Part shown: positions 16,705 through 27,523 of the stretch, piece by piece
How the letters are laid out: every line of letters begins with the position of its first letter
Position numbering within the stretch: the stretch's first letter is position 1
Assembly (NCBI GenBank): GCA_035574985.1
Contig: DATLYG010000045.1
Coordinates: 1 to 42,056 of the forward strand
Reading direction: 5' to 3'
From: Thermoanaerobaculia bacterium
GTDB lineage: Bacteria > Acidobacteriota > Thermoanaerobaculia > Gp7-AA8
DNA: 42,056 bases
The notes under the pieces: model-generated
Databases searched by the model: none
Told to the model about the DNA's origin: nothing
Seen by the model: the letters and a program-made list of their open reading frames with translations, nothing else
Translations under genes and position numbers: made by a program

Positions 16705-17175
16705 ATGCGCGACATTCGGCCGATGGAACGGGACAGCGAGCGGATCGAGATCACCATCAGCAGCCGCTTTGAAAATATCGAGCTGGTTCAGGTGATTGCG
16801 GAACATCTCTGCGAGAACGCAGGGGTCGACGAAGATGGATCGCACTGGATCGGCATGGCCGTCCGCGAGGCCGTCGCGAACGCCATCAAGCACGGGAACA
16901 AACTCGATGTCCGCAAGAAAGTGCATGCGACCCTCGAGCTTCGGGGGAACGATCTGGAAATCACGGTTTCTGACGAGGGAGAAGGGTTCGACCCCGAAAA
17001 GGTCGGCGACCCGCTCAACCCGCAGAACCTGATGAAGACCAGCGGACGGGGCATCTTTTACATGAAAACGTTCATGGACGAGATCCGCTACTCGTTTCAA
17101 CCGGGCCGGGGGACCTCTCTGATCATGGTCAAGAATCTGGCGAAAGGCACCGGGATCGCCAGCAGCAAAGCATGA
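16705..17175 (+). CDS. anti-sigma regulatory factor / Ser-protein kinase (RsbW/SpoIIAB-like, HATPase_c)
   Basis: AVREAVANAIKHGN (N-box), VSDEGEGFDP (G1) and GRGIFYMKTFMDEIRY (G2). The start is either ATG 16705 or ATG 16723. Confidence 0.8.
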   Translation: MRDIRPMERDSERIEITISSRFENIELVQVIAEHLCENAGVDEDGSHWIGMAVREAVANAIKHGNKLDVRKKVHATLELRGNDLEITVSDEGEGFDPEKVGDPLNPQNLMKTSGRGIFYMKTFMDEIRYSFQPGRGTSLIMVKNLAKGTGIASSKA

Positions 17176-17199
17176 AGACACGCGAAGGAGATGAAAACG

Positions 17200-17535
17200 A
17201 TGAAAGCCACTGCTCGCACCGTCGATGGGGTCGAGGTCATCAGACTCGAGGGAAAGATCACCATCGGAGCGGGTGATCAGCAACTGCGCGAGGTCATCAC
17301 CAACGCGCTCAACGCCGGGAAGGACAAGATCCTGCTCGACATGAGCGGCGTGACGACGATCGATTCCTCGGGCATCGGTGAGCTCGTAGGCGCCTACACC
17401 ACCGTGACGAACCGCGGCGGGAAGCTCAAGCTGCTCCACCTGCCGTCGAAGCTCAACGAACTGCTGCACGTGACGCAGCTGATCACCGTCTTCGAGGTCT
17501 ACGAGAACGAAGCCGAGGCAATCGCCAGCTTCTGA
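17200..17535 (+). CDS. anti-sigma factor antagonist (STAS domain, RsbV/SpoIIAA-like)
   Basis: …LLDMSGVTTIDSSGIGELVGAYTTVTNRGGKLKLLHLPSKLNELLHVTQL, with a conserved phosphorylatable Ser context (DSSG). GAAGGAG lies 9 nt upstream of ATG 17200. ATG 17191 abuts the SD. Confidence 0.8.
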   Translation: MKATARTVDGVEVIRLEGKITIGAGDQQLREVITNALNAGKDKILLDMSGVTTIDSSGIGELVGAYTTVTNRGGKLKLLHLPSKLNELLHVTQLITVFEVYENEAEAIASF

Positions 17536-17566
17536 TCCGCCGGGGCAAGGTGGTGCCGGGGCGGCG

Positions 17567-18223
17567 TCAACCGCCGCCGCGGCGCCGTCGCGCGGGGAGG
17601 GCCGGCGCCATCGCCTCTTCCGGCAGCACACCCACCCAGCGCATCGGAAGCGAGTTCGTGTAGACGGTCTCGTTTTTCTCGATCCAGGCCGGGAAGAGCC
17701 GGCTGGCCAGATCGGCGTCGGCCACCGCGCGCTCCGGAATCGCGATCAGCTTTTCGAACGGCGTGGTGTCGCCAAGGAAGTGAACTTTCAGGCGGAGGGC
17801 GTTCGGATAGCGCGCAAAGGGAGAGGGGGTCGTGACGGGGACCTTCAGGCTGAGATACGCCGATGCGCTGAAGCTCTTTTTCTCCCCGGGTGCGATCGGA
17901 ATCAGCCGCGGCAGGAGGCGCTCGCCCGGGACCTCCGAACCGATCCCGATGGTGACGATCTGCGTCTCGGGATCGTAGCTGACCTCCGGGACCATGTCGG
18001 CGATTGCAATCGGCGTCGGCCGCTGGTTGGTGATGTCGTACTTGACGAGCAGCCGCTGCGAGGGCGCGAGCGTCTCGCCGTGCACCTCGGCATCGATGCG
18101 GACGGCATTCTCGGTCCCGACCACGCGCCGCGGCTCGTCGAGATCGACCGTCTTCGTCGATGCGCAACCGACCGCCGCTGCTGCAAGGAGGGCGGGTAGC
18201 AGGAACCGGCTGGGAAACCTCAC
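17567..18223 (-). CDS. lipoprotein of unknown function (paralogue 1)
   Basis: MRFPSRFLLPALLAAAAVGCAST (lipobox). GTG start with AGGAGG upstream. About 40% identical by eye to the product of 18294..18935. Confidence 0.7.
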   Translation of the reverse strand: MRFPSRFLLPALLAAAAVGCASTKTVDLDEPRRVVGTENAVRIDAEVHGETLAPSQRLLVKYDITNQRPTPIAIADMVPEVSYDPETQIVTIGIGSEVPGERLLPRLIPIAPGEKKSFSASAYLSLKVPVTTPSPFARYPNALRLKVHFLGDTTPFEKLIAIPERAVADADLASRLFPAWIEKNETVYTNSLPMRWVGVLPEEAMAPALPARRRRGGG

Positions 18224-18229
18224 GGGATC

Positions 18230-18250
18230 CTCCTGTGTGTGTGTCAGGAG
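18230..18250 (-). promoter_or_regulatory. anti-SD/SD hairpin upstream of paralogue 1
   Basis: mRNA CUCCUG-ACACACACA-CAGGAG. The 3' arm overlaps the SD (AGGAGG) 6 nt before the GTG at 18223. The loop is an (AC)n/(TG)n microsatellite. Confidence 0.35.
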
Positions 18251-18293
18251 AACGCCTCACGCCCTCGCCAAAATCCGGCCGCCCCGAAAATCT

Positions 18294-18935
18294 CTACCAC
18301 GATGACGGCATCCGGTCCTCCGCCGAGGCGACTCCCGACCCCCCGCGCGCGACCCACCGCACCGGCAGGGCATTGAGGAAGATGCTCTCGTTGGCAGCGA
18401 GCCACATCTCGAAGTGCGCGTCGCTCAGGCGCGGCGGCGCGACCGCGGTGGACGCACCGATGAGCTGCGCGAACGGCGCTGCATCGCGCAGGACATTGAC
18501 CCGGATCTGCACGAAGCGCGGCGTCCGCGCGAACGGGGAGCGAACGTCCGACACCGGCACGCTGACGGTCCCGCCCGCAGCAAACGTCTTCGATTCACCC
18601 GGCGGGATGACGATGAGCTGAGGCATGGCGCCGCCGGACGGAATCTCCGCACCGATCGACAGATGGATCGTCTGCGTGTCGATGTCGTAGGAAAGCGCCG
18701 TCACCTTCGCCGCAACGGCAACCGCTCTTGCGCTCTGATTGTCGATCCGGCAGTGGACGCTGATCCGAGCGCCGGGGGAGAGCGTCTCCTGCAGAAGCTG
18801 GGCGTCGACCCGGATGTCGCTTTCGCGGCCGACGGCGCGCCGCGGGTCGTCCATGTCGATTCGCGCCCCCTCGGCTGCTGCGGCGAGGAACGCCGCCGCG
18901 ACGACTGCGGCGAACGGAACGGATGAGGATCTCAT
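18294..18935 (-). CDS. secreted protein of unknown function (paralogue 2)
   Basis: Signal peptide MRSSSVPFAAVVAAAFLAAAAEG. Shares D.DDPRR.VG.E…ETL.P…SYD..TQ…IG.E.P…PGE.K.F…SPFAR.P…PF..LI…NE…N.LP.RWV with paralogue 1. Confidence 0.7.
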   Translation of the reverse strand: MRSSSVPFAAVVAAAFLAAAAEGARIDMDDPRRAVGRESDIRVDAQLLQETLSPGARISVHCRIDNQSARAVAVAAKVTALSYDIDTQTIHLSIGAEIPSGGAMPQLIVIPPGESKTFAAGGTVSVPVSDVRSPFARTPRFVQIRVNVLRDAAPFAQLIGASTAVAPPRLSDAHFEMWLAANESIFLNALPVRWVARGGSGVASAEDRMPSSW

Positions 18936-18937
18936 GG

Positions 18938-18955
18938 CACCTCCCGGAGGAGGTG
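18938..18955 (-). promoter_or_regulatory. anti-SD/SD hairpin between the lepA stop and paralogue 2
   Basis: mRNA UGA-U-CACCUCC-UCCG-GGAGGUG-CC-AUG. A perfect 7-bp stem whose 3' arm is the SD. It starts 1 nt after the lepA stop. Confidence 0.4.
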
Positions 18956-18956
18956 A

Positions 18957-20753
<1,797 letters not shown>

Positions 20754-20849
20754 TGCGAGGCGGGCGGTTTAACACGAAACGAGGGCGATGTCATCCCGGG
20801 CCGGAACGGCACGAGGCAGGGGGCGCGGGAGAAAGACGTTTCGCCGCCC

Positions 20850-21326
20850 TCACAGCAGCCGCTCGACGATGACCACGTCGCGCCAGACGCCGTCCAACTG
20901 CGCGTGGCGCCGGTAGGTCCCCACCTCGCGGAACCCGGCGGCACGGAGCAGCGCCCGGCTTGCCGAGTTCTCCGGAAAGACGCGGGAGACGAGCTTCCAG
21001 AATCCCGACGCGCGCGCGGCGTCGATCAGCGCATCCATCGCCAGTCTTCCCGCTCCGCGGCCGCGCGCCGTGCGCGCCACATAGACCGAGAAGTCGGCGA
21101 TGCCGGCATAGCACTCGCGCGGCCGGTAGGCCGACGTCGAGGCGAAGGCGACGACGACGCCTCCTTCCTCGACGACCACCACGGGGTGCCGGCCGTCGAA
21201 CCAGGTGAGGATGTCGCCGGGGGTACGAGGCCGCGTCTCGAAGGTCGCGACGCGGTCCTCGATTCCCTCGTTGTAGATCTGCGCGATGGCCGGCGCGTCA
21301 CCCGGAGCCGCCGTGCGCGCGTTCAT
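20850..21326 (-). CDS. GNAT N-acetyltransferase, phosphinothricin-acetyltransferase-like
   Basis: IAQIYNEGIEDRVATFETRPRT…YVARTARGRGAGRLAM…GFWKLVSRVFPENSASRALLRAAGFREVG, a PAT-family pattern. ATG 21326 overlaps the TGA of the S46 gene (TGATG). Confidence 0.8.
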   Translation of the reverse strand: MNARTAAPGDAPAIAQIYNEGIEDRVATFETRPRTPGDILTWFDGRHPVVVVEEGGVVVAFASTSAYRPRECYAGIADFSVYVARTARGRGAGRLAMDALIDAARASGFWKLVSRVFPENSASRALLRAAGFREVGTYRRHAQLDGVWRDVVIVERLL

Positions 21327-23374
21327 CACTTCGTCAACTCATTGACCACATTGGCCGCCCCGTAGACCTTCCGCAGCGCCTCGAGAATGCCCTGCGAATG
21401 CACCGAGACGGCGCGCCCGAGGCGGTCGTCGAAGTGGTAATCCCACGGCAGCCCGTAAAGGTTGCTGTCGAAGACGATGCCGACGAACTCGCCGTCGCGA
21501 TTGACCACCGGACTTCCGGAGTTTCCGCCGATGATGTCGTTGGTCGAGACGAAATTGAAGGGCGTCCGGAGGTCGAGTCTCGCCTTCGCGTCGAGCCACG
21601 ATTTCGGCAGATCGAACGGCGGCTCGTTGTCGTGGTCGGCCGCCCGATCGTAGAGTCCCGCAAAGTCGGTCTGCGGCGGGACCGCGGTCCCGTTCTCCTC
21701 GTAACCTTTGACCGTACCGATGGAGAGACGGAGCGTGAAGGTGGCATCGGGGTAGTTCTCTCCCGACTGCGTGCGGAACCGCGCGTTGGCGATCTTCCCG
21801 TACGCCTGGCGCAGCCGCTCGCCGACTTCGTCGGAGTGCCTGCGGAGTTCACGCAGCCGCGGCTCGAGGACCTTCGCCAGCGCGATCATCGGATCGGTCG
21901 ACGCGTCGACGGCCGCTTTTCCCCCCTCGCCGAGCTGCCTCCGGAAGGCGACGTCCTTCAACTTCGTTCCCCGCACCGCTTCGCCGGCGGCCTCGCGCGG
22001 CGACTTCCCGCCGGTCACGCGCCGCACCAGATCGTGCTCGGCGCCGAGCTTTTCCATCATGTACGAGAGGTCGTCGGCGAGCATCAGCGTCTCGAGATCG
22101 TCGTACACCGGCGCCTCGGAGTAGAGCTGCTGCCGCAGCGACTCGAGCGCCGCCTCGCTGAACTCCGGCAGCCGCTCCGCGTTCGGCTTCTGCAGTTCCT
22201 CCCCCATCCGGACGATCGTCAGCGCCGTGTTGAAGAGGCGGCCCGAGAGGCTGAGGGCCATTCGCTCGCGCAGCGTCGAAGCCGACTCGTTGATCGCCGC
22301 ATCGACCGTCTCCCAGGCGTCCCCGTAGCGGGCGCGCATCGCCTCGTCGGCCATCACCGCGTCGCGCAGCCGCTTCTCGTCGGCGCGCTTGATCGCCATC
22401 ACGGCCGGGTCCTGCAGCCCCGCCAGCCGCCCGACGAACGCCTTCCGCGAATTCTTGTAGCTGAACAGATCGTCGTGCGCCCTCCGCTCGTTCTCCCTGC
22501 TCCGTTCGCTGTACGTCTGCAGCAGCACCTCCTTGCGGCGGAAGCGCTCGAGATTGGCCGGGTAGAGCATGTCGCGGAAGTACTCGAGATGCGTGACGGT
22601 GTTCAGCCGGTTCGTCCGTCCGGGATGTCCGGTGACGAAGACCAGATCTCCTTCCTTCGCTCCTGCGGCACTCCACTTCAGGAAGTGCTCGATCCTGGCC
22701 GGCTTGCCGTTCTCGTACGCCCGAAAGAACGTGACGTCGAGGTCATAGCGCGGATACTCGAAGTTGTCGGGATCGCCTCCGAAAAAGGCGATCGACACCT
22801 CGGGGGCGAAGACCAGCCGCACGTCCGTGTACTTCTTGTAGCGGTAGAGGTGATATTCGGCGCCCTGGTAGAGCGTCACGACGTCGCTGCGCAGCCCCGT
22901 CCTGTCCAGCGACTCCTTCTCGATCGTGTTGATGACCGCGCGGCGGGCGCGCTGCGCCTCTCCGGCGTTCATCCCGGGCTGCACCGCCCCCTGCACCCTC
23001 GCTGTCACGTCCTCGATGCTCATGAGAACGTTCAGCTCCAGGTCGACGCACTTCACCTCGTCGGAGCGGCTCTTCGCGTGAAACCCGCTCTTCACGTAGT
23101 CATGCTCCGGCGTGGAGATCTTCTGGAGGCAGTCGAGACCGACGTGATGGTTCGTGATGATCAGGCCATCGCCGGAGACGAACGACCCCGACCCGCCGCT
23201 GTTGAAGCGGACCGACGCCTTCTGGAGATGCTCCAGCCACTGCCGGGAGGGCTCGAAGCCGTACCGTTCCTTCAGAAGCTGCCGCGGCGGACGATTGAAC
23301 AGCCACATCCCCTCGTCGGCAACGGCGGGAAGGGCGATGAACGCGAGCGCGATCAGCGCGATCCATTTGCGCAT
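21326..23374 (-). CDS. peptidase S46 (dipeptidyl-peptidase 7/11 family)
   Basis: A signal peptide followed by ADEGMWLF (S46 hallmark). ITNHHV (His). C-terminal GGNSGSPVVNRDGEFVGIVFD (catalytic Ser). Confidence 0.85.
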   Translation of the reverse strand: MRKWIALIALAFIALPAVADEGMWLFNRPPRQLLKERYGFEPSRQWLEHLQKASVRFNSGGSGSFVSGDGLIITNHHVGLDCLQKISTPEHDYVKSGFHAKSRSDEVKCVDLELNVLMSIEDVTARVQGAVQPGMNAGEAQRARRAVINTIEKESLDRTGLRSDVVTLYQGAEYHLYRYKKYTDVRLVFAPEVSIAFFGGDPDNFEYPRYDLDVTFFRAYENGKPARIEHFLKWSAAGAKEGDLVFVTGHPGRTNRLNTVTHLEYFRDMLYPANLERFRRKEVLLQTYSERSRENERRAHDDLFSYKNSRKAFVGRLAGLQDPAVMAIKRADEKRLRDAVMADEAMRARYGDAWETVDAAINESASTLRERMALSLSGRLFNTALTIVRMGEELQKPNAERLPEFSEAALESLRQQLYSEAPVYDDLETLMLADDLSYMMEKLGAEHDLVRRVTGGKSPREAAGEAVRGTKLKDVAFRRQLGEGGKAAVDASTDPMIALAKVLEPRLRELRRHSDEVGERLRQAYGKIANARFRTQSGENYPDATFTLRLSIGTVKGYEENGTAVPPQTDFAGLYDRAADHDNEPPFDLPKSWLDAKARLDLRTPFNFVSTNDIIGGNSGSPVVNRDGEFVGIVFDSNLYGLPWDYHFDDRLGRAVSVHSQGILEALRKVYGAANVVNELTK

Positions 23375-23401
23375 GTGAATCCTCCGATTCCTTCGCGGCG
23401 G

Positions 23402-23407
23402 ATTATA
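23402..23407 (-). promoter_or_regulatory. candidate -10 box for the S46 peptidase gene
   Basis: A perfect TATAAT on the minus strand, 27 nt upstream of ATG 23374, followed by a GGAGGA SD. No convincing -35. Confidence 0.25.
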
Positions 23408-23429
23408 TGAAGGGGGAAAGGAGACTTTC

Positions 23430-23939
23430 CTATTCGCTCTTCAGATACTTCTCCATCAGCTTCGCGTTCTCGTCCATCGCGCGGATCTCCACCCAGTAGG
23501 CCCGGGCGAAGAGAGCGATGGTCCCGAATGCGAGGACGTCGTGGAGAAGCCGGGGGGTCCGTCCGCTTCCGACGCCGCCTCCCGTGATGAAGGTGATCAT
23601 GATCGCCGCCATGGCGTACGTCGCGGCGGGGAAGACCTGCGCCTTGAAGCGCCGCGTCTGCGCGACCGCCTCCGCCTGATCGCCTCCTTCGTTCGCCTTC
23701 TCCTTGATCTCCTTCCCCGTGCCGATGAAGAAGAACATCGTCATCGACTGGGAAAACAGTCCGACGACGGTGGTGGCGAGTGCGAAGAGAATGTGCTGCG
23801 CGGCGCGGTCGGGAGCGGCCTGGAACCCGGTGACGACGGTCGCGATCAGTCCGGCGATGGTCAGGAGGGTGGTGACGAGGAGAAACTGGGCCACCGGGTC
23901 ATTGTAGAGACTCGATTTTGGATTTTGGGTTCTTTTCAA
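23430..23939 (-). CDS. hypothetical integral membrane protein (about 4 TM)
   Basis: Four hydrophobic helices. The start is uncertain: TTG 23939 (ORF track) or GTG 23894. No known motif. Confidence 0.55.
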   Translation of the reverse strand: MKRTQNPKSSLYNDPVAQFLLVTTLLTIAGLIATVVTGFQAAPDRAAQHILFALATTVVGLFSQSMTMFFFIGTGKEIKEKANEGGDQAEAVAQTRRFKAQVFPAATYAMAAIMITFITGGGVGSGRTPRLLHDVLAFGTIALFARAYWVEIRAMDENAKLMEKYLKSE

Positions 23940-23946
23940 AAATACA

Positions 23947-25017
<1,071 letters not shown>

Positions 25018-25019
25018 CG

Positions 25020-25631
25020 GTGCGTCTGGCGATCCTTCTGTCGGGCCGCGGATCGAATTTCGCCGCCATTCACGACGCGATCGTGCACGGCGCGCTCGAC
25101 GCGGAGATCGTCGCCGTGATCTCGAACCGCCCTGAGGCGGCAGGGCTCGAGCGCGCCCGCGCCGGCGGACTGCCGTCGTTCGCCGTCGACCACAAGATGT
25201 ACTCCACGCGCGAGGAACACGAGGCCGCCATCCTCCGGATTCTCGAAGACGCCAGACCCGATTACATCGCGCTGGCCGGCTACATGCGGCTGCTGTCGCC
25301 GGCGTTCGTCGCCCGCTTTCCGAACCGCATCGTCAACATCCACCCGTCGCTTCTTCCTTCCTTTCCGGGAGTCAACGCGCAGCAGCAGGCCATCGACTGG
25401 GGCGTGAAGATCTCGGGATGTACGGTCCACTTCGTCGACGAGCATCTCGACGCCGGCCCGATCCTCGTGCAGCGTCCCGTCGAAGTCCGCGATGACGACA
25501 CCGCGGAGACACTCGCCGCCCGGATCCTCGCCGAGGAACATGTCGCCTACGTCGACGCTCTGAGGAAACTCGCACGCGGCGGGTTCACGATCCAGGGGCG
25601 GCGGGTGATCTTCTTTGAATCGGGCGAGTAG
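25020..25631 (+). CDS. purN: phosphoribosylglycinamide formyltransferase
   Basis: (V)RLAILLSGRGSNF…IALAGYMRLL…NIHPSLLPSFPG…GCTVHFVDEHLDAGPI. GTG start 3 nt after the purM stop. The upstream part of ORF 23541..25631 is spurious. Confidence 0.9.
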   Translation: MRLAILLSGRGSNFAAIHDAIVHGALDAEIVAVISNRPEAAGLERARAGGLPSFAVDHKMYSTREEHEAAILRILEDARPDYIALAGYMRLLSPAFVARFPNRIVNIHPSLLPSFPGVNAQQQAIDWGVKISGCTVHFVDEHLDAGPILVQRPVEVRDDDTAETLAARILAEEHVAYVDALRKLARGGFTIQGRRVIFFESGE

Positions 25632-25690
25632 GCGAGCGGGCGAGCAGGCGGAGAAACCGCCTAACAGTCGCCCCCTCGCCTTCTCGCCCC
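25622..25690. repeat. palindromic GGCGAG-octamer repeat (REP-like; possible bidirectional terminator)
   Basis: Three GGCGAG units spaced 8 nt apart (25623, 25631, 25639), a central GGCGG-AGAAA-CCGCC hairpin, then three (C/G)TCGCC units spaced 8 nt apart (25667, 25675, 25683). The arms pair at 20 of 23 positions by hand. Lies between convergent purN and the carboxypeptidase gene. Confidence 0.6.
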
Positions 25691-25693
25691 CCA

Positions 25694-26878
25694 TCAGAAC
25701 GGCCAGAACTTCCGCCACCACGACTGCTGGCTGACGGCGCTGGAGGCGACCGCCGGGATCCTCGCGACGATCTCGTGTCCCTGCTGCACGACGACCGTGC
25801 CGACGGCCTGACCCTGCCGGACCGGAGCGTTGACCGCGCCGCCCGAAAACGAGACCTTCACGTTCTTCTCGCTTCCCCGCTCGACCATCGCCTTCACGTC
25901 GGTACCGGCGAGGGCCTGCACCGTCTTCGCCCGACCGTTGGCGACGGTGACCTGTCCGACCGGCGTTCCCTTCTTCACCACCGTGACGACGCGATGCTCG
26001 AGGAACACCCTGTTCATGAGCCGCGAGGCGATGCCGAAGGAACTCTGCGGGCCGCGCGAAGTCGCCGCCCCCATCACCACGGCGACGAGATGGATGTCTC
26101 CCCGCTTCGCCGACGCGGTGATGCAGTAGCCGGCGGGAGCGGAGTAGCCGGTCTTGATGCCGGTCGCGTCGGCGTAGTACTCCGGGCGCGACGGATTGAC
26201 CAGACGATTCGGGTTGTAGATCCGCTCGAGCGTCCCGTTCCTGAAGGGCATTTCCGCAATCACGGCGAGTTGCCGCATGAAGGGGTGCTTCATCAACTCG
26301 ATGCCGAGGACCGCCAGGTCGTGGGCGCTCATCACATTCTGCGGCCCGCCAGGCGTGTCGGGCGGCAGGCCGTGCGGATCGACGAAGCGGCTGTTCTTCA
26401 GTCCGAGCTGCTGCGCGCGGTCGTTCATCAGATCGGCGAAGGCCTCGGATGACCCTGCGACGCGCTCCGCGAGGGCCTGCGCGGCGTCATTCGCCGAGTG
26501 GACCATCGTGGCGATCACCAGATTCTTGACCGGCCACACGCTTCCCGCACGCAGATAGACCTGCGAGCCGCCCATGTTCGCCGCGCGCGGCGAGACCGTC
26601 ACCGCCGTGTCCCACTGCAGGCGGCCGTCGCGGATCTCCTCCATGACGATCAGGAGCGTCATCATCTTCGCCATGGATGCGGTCGGAAACGGCGTGTGAA
26701 TGTTGTCCTCGAAGAGGATGCGGCGGCTGTTCATGTCCATCACCAGCGCCGCGGTGTAACCTTTCCCCGCCTGCGTGCGCGCCTGGCTCGCACCTCCCTC
26801 CTCTTCGACGTTCTGCGCAAATGCTCCCGCCGCGATCGCCAGAGCGAATAGAAAAGCAGCCGTACAGCGTCGTGTCAT
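25694..26878 (-). CDS. D-alanyl-D-alanine carboxypeptidase (peptidase S11, PBP5/6-like)
   Basis: Signal peptide MTRRCTAAFLFALAIAAGAFAQ. SxxK (ASMAKMMT), SxN (HSANDAA) and KTG (IKTGYS). ATG 26878 is preferred over the extended ORF start at 26947. Confidence 0.85.
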   Translation of the reverse strand: MTRRCTAAFLFALAIAAGAFAQNVEEEGGASQARTQAGKGYTAALVMDMNSRRILFEDNIHTPFPTASMAKMMTLLIVMEEIRDGRLQWDTAVTVSPRAANMGGSQVYLRAGSVWPVKNLVIATMVHSANDAAQALAERVAGSSEAFADLMNDRAQQLGLKNSRFVDPHGLPPDTPGGPQNVMSAHDLAVLGIELMKHPFMRQLAVIAEMPFRNGTLERIYNPNRLVNPSRPEYYADATGIKTGYSAPAGYCITASAKRGDIHLVAVVMGAATSRGPQSSFGIASRLMNRVFLEHRVVTVVKKGTPVGQVTVANGRAKTVQALAGTDVKAMVERGSEKNVKVSFSGGAVNAPVRQGQAVGTVVVQQGHEIVARIPAVASSAVSQQSWWRKFWPF

Positions 26879-26943
26879 GTGCGTCCCGTTTTGCACGCTG
26901 CATACCACGGATGGGCGCGGTGCGCGAGAGGCGCGAGGGGGCG

Positions 26944-27234
26944 TCACGCCGGCTGTTTCGATCGACGTTTGCCGCGTGACGTGCGGGGGATCGAGCCGAT
27001 GACGGTCCAGTCACTCCGGTGTACGACGACCGGCTCGCTCCCTTTGGGCCAGAGATCGACGGGAAGGTAGTAGTAACCGTCGCCCAGAACGCGCGACTTG
27101 ATGGCCAGGTCGCGCATGCTCTTGCACAGCCCCTTCCTGCCGCGGATCGCACTCCGTTCGACGATCACGCCCGTCGACTCACCCACTCCATTGAAGATGC
27201 TGATTTCTGCACAAAGCGAATTCACGAGTGTCAT
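26944..27234 (-). CDS. hypothetical protein (96 aa)
   Basis: ATG 27234 with GGGAG about 11 nt upstream. Coding-like third-position GC. Basic C-terminal tail. No recognisable motif. Confidence 0.45.
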   Translation of the reverse strand: MTLVNSLCAEISIFNGVGESTGVIVERSAIRGRKGLCKSMRDLAIKSRVLGDGYYYLPVDLWPKGSEPVVVHRSDWTVIGSIPRTSRGKRRSKQPA

Positions 27235-27323
27235 CGGTCGAGACTCCCGCCGTCGTGCCGGTCACGACACGCCGGCCGGAAGGTCGAGTTAGCAAGAACT
27301 GTGCGCGGGAGAGGACGGAGGGG

Positions 27324-27357
27324 AAGGCGAGGGGGCGAGAAGGCGAGCCGAGGCGAG
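27324..27357. repeat. GGCGAG octamer array (left arm)
   Basis: GGCGAG at 27326, 27334, 27342 and 27352 (spacing 8, 8, 10). Contains GGGGCGAGAAGGCGAG, which is also present as the reverse complement at 25675..25690. Confidence 0.6.
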
Positions 27358-27392
27358 CAGCACCCGCCCGCTCATTTCGCCTCGTCGCCACC

Positions 27393-27505
27393 TGGTGTAG
27401 AGGTTCATCCATATCCTGCCCTTTTGTCGCGGGAGATGTGGGGGCGGCGAATCGTTCACGACGCGTGACGCAGGCATCGCGCATATCCAACGGCCCTGCG
27501 AGTTG
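27393..27505 (+). repeat. degraded half-copy of the 39880..40150 palindromic element
   Basis: Hand alignment: 27393..27444 vs 39880..39930 matches at 41 of 51 positions plus 1 gap, and this stretch includes the terminal inverted repeat. 27448..27505 vs 39962..40021 matches at 49 of 58 positions plus a 2-nt gap. No right-arm or right-TIR counterpart is present. Confidence 0.6.
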
Positions 27506-27523
27506 AAGGACCACACACCGGCC

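Noticed and set aside
16701-16706. TAGAAT upstream of, and overlapping, the rsbW-like ATG, considered as a -10 box
   Set aside because: It overlaps the first ATG. The next in-frame ATG is 16 nt downstream without an SD, and the -35 is poor. The geometry does not match the leaderless pattern seen elsewhere.
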